Virus record (IMG/VR): IMGVR_UViG_3300020195_000031
Span: 1 to 54,902 of that record
Origin: a virus
Taxonomy: Duplodnaviria; Caudoviricetes
Reading direction: 5' to 3' (one strand)
DNA length: 54,902 bases
Numbering within the stretch: position 1 is the first letter of the stretch; each line of letters starts with the position of its first letter. Positions 45,463 to 54,765 of the stretch are shown in pieces. The position numbers were made by a program, and so were the translations under genes. The notes beneath the pieces were generated by a model, which saw nothing but the letters and a program-made list of their open reading frames with translations, did no database searches and was not told the origin of the DNA.

Positions 45463-45949
45463 TTGTCACCTCTTGTTCGAGACTGCCCAAATGTTGATGA
45501 ATTGACTTGTCGATAATCTGTGAGAATTTTGTGTTTTTCGTTTCTTTAACCTTTAGAGTTAATCCACGCTCAACTTCATACTCAAGAAAATCAACGATTT
45601 CCCATCTTCGCTCATCGTACACTACCCACATTGTTTCTTTATTGATTTCAAAACCGGCAGGCAAATCTTCGGGGTCAATAATGATTCCGCGTGTAGCGGC
45701 ATCATAAAAAGCACCCATTGAAAAGTTACGTGACGTTAAGATGTACGCCAAGTCGTATTGAAATTCAGTAAAGTTTCTAGAATCAAGAACGATTGCTCTT
45801 TTGACATGTAGTACCGATTTTGTCTCGGAGGCCAAACCTGTTTCTCGATCTGTCGTTGACGTATCACGACGATAGACATCAATGGGATATCCCATCCGAC
45901 GCTTCATCTGATAGAGCAAAGACCTGATATGTCGGTTTGGTCGAATCAT
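45455..45949 (-). CDS. putative head-closure protein
   Basis: synteny; G.PI.VY...D.ETG...VVYDERRWEI pattern. Confidence 0.5.
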   Translation of the reverse strand: MIRPNRHIRSLLYQMKRRMGYPIDVYRRDTSTTDRETGLASETKSVLHVKRAIVLDSRNFTEFQYDLAYILTSRNFSMGAFYDAATRGIIIDPEDLPAGFEINKETMWVVYDERRWEIVDFLEYEVERGLTLKVKETKNTKFSQIIDKSIHQHLGSLEQEVTNV

Positions 45950-46308
45950 GGTTTTCGCTCAAGTTCAAGCAATCTGCGTTCAAATTCAAGCCGCTGTGAC
46001 TTGATTTTTTCTAATTCAATGCTCATGTCTACTATCTTAGTTTGAATAGCCAAGACATTTGCTTCAAGTTTTTGAATTAGTATCGGATTGTTTGACTGTT
46101 TAAGCTGATCTTCTCTCGTTTGCTGGGCTAATAGTGCTGTTTCGTTTGTTGTTTTTGCAATCATTACAAGCATCGTGTTCATGCTTGCAACACTCGATTG
46201 AACACTTGCCGCCCAAGGGATTGCTCCAACAATCGCAGCAGTTATCAAAACAGCGACAATACCCATTGTCCACGGTGTAAATTTGGGCATCTTTATCTCT
46301 GGTTCCAT
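45946..46308 (-). CDS. single-TM coiled-coil protein (i-spanin-like topology)
   Basis: TM segment WTMGIVAVLITAAIVGAIPWA followed by a coiled coil. Confidence 0.55.
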   Translation of the reverse strand: MEPEIKMPKFTPWTMGIVAVLITAAIVGAIPWAASVQSSVASMNTMLVMIAKTTNETALLAQQTREDQLKQSNNPILIQKLEANVLAIQTKIVDMSIELEKIKSQRLEFERRLLELERKP

Positions 46309-46327
46309 AAAAAGACTCCTTAATATT

Positions 46328-46364
46328 GTAGCCGTGGGTGGCCGCCCACCCACGGACTACTTTT
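46328..46364. terminator. hairpin/terminator after the capsid gene
   Basis: GTAG-CCGTGGGTGG/CCACCCACGG-A-CTAC stem; T-tract on the plus side. Confidence 0.6.
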
Positions 46365-46376
46365 CAGGGAGCCGAA

Positions 46377-47798
46377 TTAACCAAACATAACAGCACCGAG
46401 CTTATCCTCAAGCTTGGCAACGCCGCCAAGCATATCAACAGTCACCAGATGACCCTGATCCATACCAAGGTAAGTGATCGTGATACGCAGAGACAGACCC
46501 TTATGGTTCACAACACTGGACAACGCACCCGTACCCTGCTTCGGCGTAGCCAGAGGACGAGTAATCAAAGCAATCGCATTCTTGTGGAATGCCCAATTGT
46601 AGTTGCCCGGAGGGCCGTAGTTGACGTTCGCACCGTCGGCTACCGCGATTTCAAGGGGCCGATCAAGCATGAACTGCTTGTTTGCAGAATCAGTAGCAAC
46701 CACGGCGTACTTGGCAACCGTTGACGGGGCAGCCGTTCCAAAGGTCACGAGAGTACCAACCTCGGGGGCGATCGTCACAGACTGATCGACAATGATCCAG
46801 CCGTGCCAACCAGCACGGTAGCCAGCAACCGACGCCGTACCACCAGCGTCCAGCGTGGTAGCCGTCTGATTCACCGTATCACAGGTATACATCAGAACAG
46901 CCGCACCGCTAGTCGTGGCAGCCTTAATCGGAGGCCACACGGTGAAGCTAACACCTGCAGAAACAGAAACGACCAGATGGGGCTGCATATCGCCAGCCAC
47001 CGTAAGGAAGTTTCCAGCAACGGCACCCGTCGTGGCCGTGACCGGCAGAACGGTCGCGTTAGCAAGGGTGCTAGCGTCCGTCGTCGTGCTGGCAGCCGTA
47101 GTACCAGTCACAATCGCGGGCTGATTTTGAGCCATCGCAATGGTGAATTGGAATTTGCGACCAAGAATCGCCTCACGGAGAGCAGAACCGTCGTCACCGA
47201 GCTTATCAGCCTCGGTGAATTCATCAATCTCAAGGAGGTTGGTTTCGGTGTCCGGCGTGACGATCAGCCAGCGACCGCCAACATACGCCTTGTTCTTATT
47301 CATGACGTTACGAACGCCAAGAATCGTGTTCTTCGTCGCGGCAGTACCAAGCTTGCCGAACGTATTGGTGAAAGCAAACTGGCTGATCGCGAAGGTAGAA
47401 ACAACGAGGTCAATCGCACGAGCGATAGACAGTACCGCAGGAGACAGGTACATGTCAATCAAGTCTTTGAACGCAAGAGACTCTTCGCCATCCTTGATGA
47501 TGAACGAGGTGTGCCAGTGCTGGTTCAAAGTCACAGGAATGTTATCAGTGATAGCATCCTGCACAGTGACCTGTTCACGATCAATCTTACGTTGGGCGGT
47601 GAATTCACGGGGCTTCCGAGTATTCACAACGTCACCGAAACGGGCAATAATGGGTTCAAAATCACGGTGAATCAGATTCGCCACAACCATATTCTCTTCC
47701 AGAATCGCCAAGCCTTCATTGGCCCAAAATTCTGGATTCATCGCCTCAGCATTCTCATTTTCGTAGAAGCCGACAGTAGTAGGACAGAAATCAAACAT
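46377..47798 (-). CDS. major capsid protein, P22 gp5-like with inserted domains
   Basis: PEFWANEGLAILEENMV.ANLIHRDFE...GDVVNTRKP and AFHKNAIAL.TRPL; start trimmed to MFDF (AGGA RBS). Confidence 0.9.
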   Translation of the reverse strand: MFDFCPTTVGFYENENAEAMNPEFWANEGLAILEENMVVANLIHRDFEPIIARFGDVVNTRKPREFTAQRKIDREQVTVQDAITDNIPVTLNQHWHTSFIIKDGEESLAFKDLIDMYLSPAVLSIARAIDLVVSTFAISQFAFTNTFGKLGTAATKNTILGVRNVMNKNKAYVGGRWLIVTPDTETNLLEIDEFTEADKLGDDGSALREAILGRKFQFTIAMAQNQPAIVTGTTAASTTTDASTLANATVLPVTATTGAVAGNFLTVAGDMQPHLVVSVSAGVSFTVWPPIKAATTSGAAVLMYTCDTVNQTATTLDAGGTASVAGYRAGWHGWIIVDQSVTIAPEVGTLVTFGTAAPSTVAKYAVVATDSANKQFMLDRPLEIAVADGANVNYGPPGNYNWAFHKNAIALITRPLATPKQGTGALSSVVNHKGLSLRITITYLGMDQGHLVTVDMLGGVAKLEDKLGAVMFG

Positions 47799-48576
47799 GT
47801 TGTTTTCCTGTTGCACGGACACCGGGGATGTTCCCTTTAGCTCGCTCTTCCCGGTACTTAGCCGGGTCTTTGAGAATAGCTGAAAGGTTTTCAGACACCG
47901 ACCCTGACCCTGCATTGGGCATCGTACCCAAGCCGCCAGTTGATTTGTTCTTGAAAAGATTTCCCCACTTTTTGGGGTGCTTCGTCATCTTCTCGATAAT
48001 CTCGGAAGGTGATCCTGAAATCTTTTCAATCTTCCCGTCTTTGTCAGGAATGTCCCAAGAGGTCTTAGGAACAAGATTTCCTGTTTTCTTTCCGCCCGCA
48101 TCAATCTCTTCTGCCAGTTCAGTGTTGGGGCCTAGCAACGCAACGACTTGTTCAGGATCATAGGCATCGTGCTGCATAGCCCCATCCAAAATCGCCCGCT
48201 GAATAGAAGCCTTGGTATAGCGATTTTTCCAAGTCTCCCGATCAGTGGTAAGTGAATCAACTGCTTCTTTGTGCTTGCGAGCGGATTCCGTCCGCTCATG
48301 CTCCGTCTGTTCTTCCTTGGTGCGTAAAGACTTTTGGACATCTTCCAACTGGGTCTGTAATTCGTTACGTTGTGCTTCTGTCAGCCCTTTGGCTTTCAAT
48401 GCACTTGTTAACCCATCTTCCGACTTCTTCAATTTTGCTTGCCATTCTTTTCGCTCTTTGGCGACAAGTGAATTCACATGGTCTTGCGTGAACGTCTTGT
48501 TCTTGTCGTCTACCGGCGGTTCAACGGGTGGCTCGACCGGCGGATCTTCAAAGAAACCAACTGTGACGTTAGACAT
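47791..48576 (-). CDS. capsid scaffolding protein
   Basis: KTFTQDHVNSLV, long coiled coil, NLFK...GG.G; immediately upstream of the capsid gene. Confidence 0.85.
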   Translation of the reverse strand: MSNVTVGFFEDPPVEPPVEPPVDDKNKTFTQDHVNSLVAKERKEWQAKLKKSEDGLTSALKAKGLTEAQRNELQTQLEDVQKSLRTKEEQTEHERTESARKHKEAVDSLTTDRETWKNRYTKASIQRAILDGAMQHDAYDPEQVVALLGPNTELAEEIDAGGKKTGNLVPKTSWDIPDKDGKIEKISGSPSEIIEKMTKHPKKWGNLFKNKSTGGLGTMPNAGSGSVSENLSAILKDPAKYREERAKGNIPGVRATGKQHV

Positions 48577-48591
48577 AACTGCTCCCTGAAA

Positions 48592-48990
48592 CTAAGACAC
48601 CCTACTAAGTTTGATGGTTTTGTCTTCGCGCAGATATGGCATCAAATGCTTCCATGCAGTTGCACTAGGAATTCCTGCCATAACATGATCGCCGACACCG
48701 GATCGGTCGTAGGTTGTACTGATCCCCACATAGCGTTGACTCGTAACCCTCGCCGTTTCTTCTTCGACTTCCGGGTCTACTCCGTCAAGAAGCGCGAGTG
48801 CAATTTCACAACAAGCGATTTTAATGTCATCAGGAACCGGATCAGGCAAGTCAATAAAATCGAGAAGATCGACCATTCGGGTTGCTGTTGCCAACGCCTT
48901 GATTTTATCAGCAGGCGTAGCATCGTCCCACGGAGACGTATGGAGACGCTCTTCAAAATAAGCCATTGCGTATGTTAAGTCTGCGTGCAT
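48592..48990 (-). CDS. head-tail adaptor-like protein
   Basis: A.AYF.ER...W...KAL..AT..D.L...VPDDIKIACCEIA...L.PYL pattern. Confidence 0.7.
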   Translation of the reverse strand: MHADLTYAMAYFEERLHTSPWDDATPADKIKALATATRMVDLLDFIDLPDPVPDDIKIACCEIALALLDGVDPEVEEETARVTSQRYVGISTTYDRSGVGDHVMAGIPSATAWKHLMPYLREDKTIKLSRVS

Positions 48991-49829
48991 CCATCTTCCT
49001 TTCTATTGAACATGTATTTCCGGATGTAGTCGTTTTGACTATTTTTAGACCACTCAAAAACACCATCGTCATTGAGTCTCAAATCAGTCGGATTAAAAGT
49101 TTTAAGCGGTTCATGTCGTCGCATGTATTTGCGATCTGGTATTGACCCGTGCCAAAATGTTCGGACTGTTCCGTCTACGCAGGCGAGCGATTGCGGGCCA
49201 AGCGTCTTGCACCAAGCAAGGTAGTGGGCGATATACTCTTTATTGTGCCTAGGAACAAACGAATTCATTTTAATTCGTTGAAGCCAATGTTTTTCGCCGT
49301 AGACACAGCCTTGCAAAAAGAGTACGTCTCCGCCTCCCACAATACCGTACTCGTACAAGCCTTTCTTCCAAAGGTCTATATTGATTCCACAAGCAAAACC
49401 TGATCCTCGACTCTGCATTCCTTTTCCTTGAACCCAACGAAAGATAGCTCCGGTAAAGGTTCCTTCTTTCTCGCGTTCATAACGAGTAAAGGGTTGCACA
49501 ACCGTATAGTCGTCCATCGCGTCAACGGTTCGTTTGAACCAATCAGGTTCAAGGAATTCGATATCTCCGTCTAACCAAATGATTTTGTCGAAACCTTCTC
49601 GAATCAATCTTTGGGCGAGGAGATTCAGGAGACGTTCTTTATGCCAGAGCCAACTCGTTGACCGGGCAATCATTGTTGCTTGAATCAACGGTTCGTCATT
49701 TTGAAGTAGTTGGATCGTCGCGTGCGGCACATTCCCTAATTGATTCCGAAATCTCTCATAGTTTTCTCTTCTGGATGTCCAATTGCATGGATTCCAGTAA
49801 CATGAGATTGTTATTGGGTTGTTAGGCAT
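48975..49829 (-). CDS. glycosyltransferase-like protein (GT-A, DXD)
   Basis: LWHKERLLN, IIWLDGDI, VVQPF, IVGGGD, WHG motifs. Confidence 0.65.
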   Translation of the reverse strand: MPNNPITISCYWNPCNWTSRRENYERFRNQLGNVPHATIQLLQNDEPLIQATMIARSTSWLWHKERLLNLLAQRLIREGFDKIIWLDGDIEFLEPDWFKRTVDAMDDYTVVQPFTRYEREKEGTFTGAIFRWVQGKGMQSRGSGFACGINIDLWKKGLYEYGIVGGGDVLFLQGCVYGEKHWLQRIKMNSFVPRHNKEYIAHYLAWCKTLGPQSLACVDGTVRTFWHGSIPDRKYMRRHEPLKTFNPTDLRLNDDGVFEWSKNSQNDYIRKYMFNRKEDGCTQT

Positions 49830-50298
49830 TTAGATGGCTGTTGGTGTACATTTCGAGAATCAAAGTAGTCAGCCCGTCGTAGTAGTCGCCTACGGCTACT
49901 TTGAAACCGAGCTTATCGAGAACGCCTTCGGTGGAAATAGACTTTTCAGTATTTGCCAAGATAGGTTTTTCGATTTCAGTGACAAGATCGACCATGATGA
50001 AGTCCGATTCTGACTGCAAAATGATCTGCCACACATCGTTATCTTCAAACTTTTCTCCGGATTCAGTGATTATCTGCCGGAGGGTTTTCATTTCCTCCAG
50101 TAGCTCTGCTTGGATCAATGTCATCATTTTTGGCCTTTCAGTAACTGTCATGTCTACGTCAAACACTTCACCACTCTCAAGCTTACGTCTTAGAAGCACC
50201 TGTGCAGCCCGCTTACAAAAGGTAACTACCCAATCGCCACCATCACTAGGACGATAAATAGCCACCAAATCGTTTTGGACTTTACATCTTAGGTGCAT
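49822..50298 (-). CDS. hypothetical protein
   Basis: ORF overlapping the portal end. Confidence 0.5.
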   Translation of the reverse strand: MHLRCKVQNDLVAIYRPSDGGDWVVTFCKRAAQVLLRRKLESGEVFDVDMTVTERPKMMTLIQAELLEEMKTLRQIITESGEKFEDNDVWQIILQSESDFIMVDLVTEIEKPILANTEKSISTEGVLDKLGFKVAVGDYYDGLTTLILEMYTNSHLNA

Positions 50299-51910
50299 TC
50301 TTTTCGGCTCCTGCATCCGTTGATGGACTCAAATCAGGAACGCCTCGTGCTGCTGGTGCTTCCGCGATTCTAGAAGCACGGTCTTTCTTGGCTTCTTCTG
50401 GAATGCCTAGAGCAATAGCAGCATCTTTATTGCTCATGATTCCAGCTTCAACGGCGGCAAAGACGGTCTCCGGGTCGGTTGTAAGAATCGTTGCTTTGTC
50501 AATCTCTGCAAGGATTGTGTCCAGAATCTTTTCCGTCACTCGACCAGCAAGAAGGGTCGTGGCAATCATCTTGCCGACTTCCTTCTTATACGTTATGCTC
50601 GGTGCGGCAGCGGAGCGTTCTTGGAGCTTCTCGATCTCGTCGAGAATATCTCTGTCGCTCTTGAGCGAGTACCTCTTGGGGTACGTTACGTCGGCAGGTT
50701 CGGTCTTTTCGTACTTGGCCCATATCTTCGCCAAGCATCGTTCACCAATCTCTAACACCAAACCGATGGCAGATAAGCCAGCTTCAAGACCCTTCTGATC
50801 CATTTCCTTGCTATCGGCGGAAGAGTGTTTAGGTTGCACACCGGAAAGAGCAAGATTGAGGAGGACACGAATATCCTCTTTCATCTGCTTTTCTTTTTCC
50901 ATCGAAGCCTTGAGAGGCTCGGTAGGCGGAGCAATGAAGCCGGGTCGCTCCATTCCTTTTGCATAGGCTCGTCCGTGCGTCGTGCCAGTCGTGATATTGT
51001 CATCCGTCTTACTTACCTCGCCATCCTCTGTTCCGTCGGGTTGACGCTTGATATGGCTACCGGTTTTGGAATCACGTTGTTCAGTGTAGAACGGGTAATT
51101 CGCTTTCAGGATGTAGCCAAGGTCTGCCGATTCAGTGTTAAGGAGAGCGATTTGGTAATCACAAATGTCCTGCATCAGTGAGATAGTGATTTCAAAAACA
51201 TGAAACGGAATCTGATCGAGATCCAAAATCTGTTCGGGGCCGTCTTTGATTGTCTCACCCTTCTCGCCTTCGAGAAGGAATTGAACATGCACCTTATTAT
51301 CTTCGGCGATCCATGCTTTGCGGAAGCGTTCAATGCAACCACTAGGGACACCTAGCTCTTTGTCAATGACCATTGTATGGTCGCGAAGCAAAACACTCTG
51401 ATAGTCCCAAGGGTCGCCATTCTTGCTTGGCAACCATGATCGGATATCTTCGGCTTTGTAGACGTACATGTACGGCGAGTCGGTTTTAAGTGCTTGAGTC
51501 GCCGAGTCCGGAATCGGTTGCCGGTCGACCCATACACCAACCTTCCGCATCGTTAACACTTCATGAAGAATCTGGTTGCCGATAAAGGCATCCATACTGG
51601 AACCACGAAGATCAACGCCTTTGCCTTTTCCTTTGATCGCGTCTTGATAGTTAGCCGGGCCACCTTTTCGAGAGACGCTAGAGATTCGTTGAAAGATCGC
51701 ATTTCTTACATCAAGGATACTACTTTTGGCAAAGGCGGGATTGTAAGTGATTGCTGATCGTTCATTAAAATCATCATCATCTTCGCGTTGCGAAAATTTA
51801 ATCAAATACCGATTGATGAATTTGCGGCCACCCTCAAAAGTGAGTCGCCACTTCTCATAATTCTCTGCATCAGAAATATAGTCAGGATGTTTGATTCCAC
51901 TTAGGCTCAT
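50282..51910 (-). CDS. portal protein
   Basis: 542 aa after TerL; KHPDY...W..WR.T.EGG...YL...RE...F.ER pattern. Confidence 0.85.
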   Translation of the reverse strand: MSLSGIKHPDYISDAENYEKWRLTFEGGRKFINRYLIKFSQREDDDDFNERSAITYNPAFAKSSILDVRNAIFQRISSVSRKGGPANYQDAIKGKGKGVDLRGSSMDAFIGNQILHEVLTMRKVGVWVDRQPIPDSATQALKTDSPYMYVYKAEDIRSWLPSKNGDPWDYQSVLLRDHTMVIDKELGVPSGCIERFRKAWIAEDNKVHVQFLLEGEKGETIKDGPEQILDLDQIPFHVFEITISLMQDICDYQIALLNTESADLGYILKANYPFYTEQRDSKTGSHIKRQPDGTEDGEVSKTDDNITTGTTHGRAYAKGMERPGFIAPPTEPLKASMEKEKQMKEDIRVLLNLALSGVQPKHSSADSKEMDQKGLEAGLSAIGLVLEIGERCLAKIWAKYEKTEPADVTYPKRYSLKSDRDILDEIEKLQERSAAAPSITYKKEVGKMIATTLLAGRVTEKILDTILAEIDKATILTTDPETVFAAVEAGIMSNKDAAIALGIPEEAKKDRASRIAEAPAARGVPDLSPSTDAGAEKNAPKM

Positions 51911-53556
51911 AGGAAACTTCCAATATCGGAATTGCTGACAACAGACGCTGCCAGCGGGAGAGCGATTTCAGCGTAATTGTGAGCGTGACCGTAGTGGTCT
52001 GCGGCAGTATTCTGCCATCGGCCTATCGGATTACCTTCGGCGTCTTTTTCGTAGACACGAACAAGGGCCTTAATCTGCTTCTTATATTCGTCGGGTAGAT
52101 CGTAAGGGATTGCGATGGTATGTTTCTGGAATCGAGACAAGCTCAGATCGAGCCAGCTTGTTCTATCTACGTTGATTTGATGATCTTCGTAGAAGTCATC
52201 TTCGCCACGCACTGTGATGCCTTTGGCGGCAACGCCTCGCGAGTAGTAACAAAGCTTGACATAGCCGGGGAAGCGGTCAGCGAATTCTTTGGCTTTGCGT
52301 TGCTCCGGAAACTTGTCAACAACACAACCATGAATCTGATACGTCCGCATCACCTTGTCAAGATCTTCAAATTCTTTGAGCTTGAAGGCCCGAATCATTT
52401 TCGGTGTGCTGTAGACATTGATATCCGGCCCCATCACTACGTCCCATTCCAAAATCTCGCAATGCAGGAAGGAGCCAACGTCGACGCCCATCGTCCGTAG
52501 TTTGGATGGATTGATTGCAGCATCATTATTGTAACTGTGCTGGCACTTGGTAAAATCATCATCCGTAACTTGAGCGCCTTTTACAAGGTGGGCAAGACCA
52601 AGCTTATTGTTGTAAAAGTGCGTTTCTTCCGTCGGGTCGGACAGGCCGGCAATGTAAGAACGGGCAAATTCCACCGGACTGATGGTGGATGAATACATCT
52701 GATTCACCGACCACGCTAGAATCTCAGGATCTTTCTTGGCTACGACTTCCCACGTTCCGTCGGCGAGCCAAGCCCATTTGTTCTTTGAATCTAATTTCCC
52801 TTTACATTCCTTGCATTGCATGTACGAGTCGTGGATTCTAGGATCAATTAAGGATTCGCTCGTACAGACGAAACAGTCGGGAAAGGTTAGCTCCGTATGT
52901 CTTGAACACAAGGGGCATTTGAAGAAGAACCTTTGCTCTGTACTGACCTGCACTTCTTTGTCGATGCCCCAATTGGGGATCGTCGGCGTTGAAATCTTCC
53001 ACACCTGCTTATACATTTGACCCGACATACGTTCAATGGCAAACTTGGCATTCGTTTGATCCATCGCATCATATTCGTCGAGTACCATGAAGCCGACGGG
53101 GATTGAGCGGAGACCAGATTCAGAATGTGAACCTCGAATGTACAGACTCGTCGGCCCGGCCCGCTTATGGCCGACGTTTTTAACATCAGAAAAGAGTTTT
53201 TTAAGGTGCTCGCTCAATTCGAGCATAACGTCAAACCGTGATGCGGAAAAGTCACCGGCGTCCGGCGTCTTATTCGGAAGAACATACAAGCAGTCGATTC
53301 GACGAACGTCGATCATGAAGAAGGTACGTTGTAAGACTGTTTGAGTGTACGCAGCCTGTGCGGACTTTCTTCCGTTGTTGACCGGAGCCTCCGAGTCGTG
53401 CATTGCTCGCGACCACGGATGGTACTTGAAAGTTAATGGCCCCGGTATAGGATTACCGAGAACGATGTACTTTTGTGCCCAATCAGAACACTTTTGTACG
53501 GATCGTCGATTAAGGCCAGCCTTAATAGATTCCTTGATTTGGTCAGCTAGCTTCAT
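51907..53556 (-). CDS. terminase large subunit, lambda GpA-like
   Basis: RKSAQAAYT, LDEYD, ISTPT, CPLC...CKEC, MGVDVG, DHYGHA. Confidence 0.9.
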   Translation of the reverse strand: MKLADQIKESIKAGLNRRSVQKCSDWAQKYIVLGNPIPGPLTFKYHPWSRAMHDSEAPVNNGRKSAQAAYTQTVLQRTFFMIDVRRIDCLYVLPNKTPDAGDFSASRFDVMLELSEHLKKLFSDVKNVGHKRAGPTSLYIRGSHSESGLRSIPVGFMVLDEYDAMDQTNAKFAIERMSGQMYKQVWKISTPTIPNWGIDKEVQVSTEQRFFFKCPLCSRHTELTFPDCFVCTSESLIDPRIHDSYMQCKECKGKLDSKNKWAWLADGTWEVVAKKDPEILAWSVNQMYSSTISPVEFARSYIAGLSDPTEETHFYNNKLGLAHLVKGAQVTDDDFTKCQHSYNNDAAINPSKLRTMGVDVGSFLHCEILEWDVVMGPDINVYSTPKMIRAFKLKEFEDLDKVMRTYQIHGCVVDKFPEQRKAKEFADRFPGYVKLCYYSRGVAAKGITVRGEDDFYEDHQINVDRTSWLDLSLSRFQKHTIAIPYDLPDEYKKQIKALVRVYEKDAEGNPIGRWQNTAADHYGHAHNYAEIALPLAASVVSNSDIGSFL

Positions 53557-54452
53557 AGGAGGGCATCAGCAATTTCCACCAGAGCGTGAGAGTCAGAAAT
53601 ATGATTCCCGACGACGAGAATCAACTCTTGACCAAATTCCAACGCAACGTCTTTATCCACAAGGAGTCCCATGCTCACCTCAAGCCGATGGCAGGATGTT
53701 ACTAATTTCTCGACATCAGTAACGAGCGTCGAAATTGAGTTAGTCTCGAAGAGCAGGTCGGATGCATCTTTGCACTTGTTCAACTTCTCTTCGATTAACA
53801 GTCTTAGAACGCCGATTTCACCCCTGACGGAAACGACGCGTTCTTGGCTAAGGTAGGACGATAATTCGTCGCCCCATTTTGCTAGCTTGTAGTTGGATGG
53901 GGCAGTACCGGATTCTACCCGGTGCAACCGATCCATCATTGCCGTCACATCTTCGATCAGTTTGTCAATAACCGTCGGGTCGGGGGCAAATTTTCTTGCA
54001 GCCATAATGACGTTATGGCTGAGAAGAAGAAGATCATTCTTTTCCATTACTGCGTCGAGTGAATGTTCTACTTTTGCACAGGAGACTGCAAGAGAATTGA
54101 TTTGTAGAATCAATCTGCTTAGGACGCCGGAATGGAGAAGAAGATCGTTGCCGACGAGTTCAAGACGTTTTTGAACAAGGAAACGAAGAATCGCTATTTC
54201 GTCCCTCAGGGATTTGATAGACGTAGAATCACTGAATTCATCAAGGCGGGTTTGATGCGAAGCTAAGCGGTAACGAAAAAGATTATTTTTGTCTCGTGCT
54301 GACTGGTTCCCACCGTGGCACGGGCAATATTTTGAGCCTTCGACAGCCTTTAGCCAACACTGGCCGCGACTGCTGATAACAGCTTGGCATCTGTTGGGAT
54401 GCGATTCATCGACTCTTGTTATTTCAAATCTGTGAATATCTGTTAGTGACAT
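53553..54452 (-). CDS. putative terminase small subunit with zinc finger and internal duplication
   Basis: directly upstream of TerL; RCQA...QC...YCPCHGG; repeats SLRDEIAILRFL and SVRGEIGVLRLL. Confidence 0.6.
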   Translation of the reverse strand: MSLTDIHRFEITRVDESHPNRCQAVISSRGQCWLKAVEGSKYCPCHGGNQSARDKNNLFRYRLASHQTRLDEFSDSTSIKSLRDEIAILRFLVQKRLELVGNDLLLHSGVLSRLILQINSLAVSCAKVEHSLDAVMEKNDLLLLSHNVIMAARKFAPDPTVIDKLIEDVTAMMDRLHRVESGTAPSNYKLAKWGDELSSYLSQERVVSVRGEIGVLRLLIEEKLNKCKDASDLLFETNSISTLVTDVEKLVTSCHRLEVSMGLLVDKDVALEFGQELILVVGNHISDSHALVEIADALL

Positions 54453-54471
54453 AATAGTCTTTCCTCTATAC

Positions 54472-54505
54472 TATATTACGCTCATTTCCTACTTTTCTCT
54501 AATCG
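54472..54505 (-). promoter_or_regulatory. phage promoter-like motif, copy 3 (virion operon)
   Basis: CGATTAGAGAAAAGTAGGAAATGAGCGTAATATA, about 20 nt before the TerS start. Confidence 0.7.
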
Positions 54506-54765
54506 AAAATGAAAAATGAAAATGATTCGAGAATCTTTAGCGGCACCCGGTACACTTTTAGAAAAGGTGTTCGGTTTTTAGAATTTTCTAAGTTTTTAGA
54601 AAATTATAAAATTTTCTAAGATTGTTCGGTTCGTCGGTTCTTGGTGAAAGGTCAAAATCGAAAATGGATTTCTCGAACAACAGGGTTAGGCGTCGCCAGC
54701 GACGCTAACCGCGTCGATGGGGGGTGAGCGTTACGCTACTCCATCACGTTCACGGAGTAGTATGC

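Noticed and set aside
46803-47840. 345-aa plus-strand ORF antisense to the capsid gene
   Set aside because: Same shadow-frame effect in a strongly biased gene.
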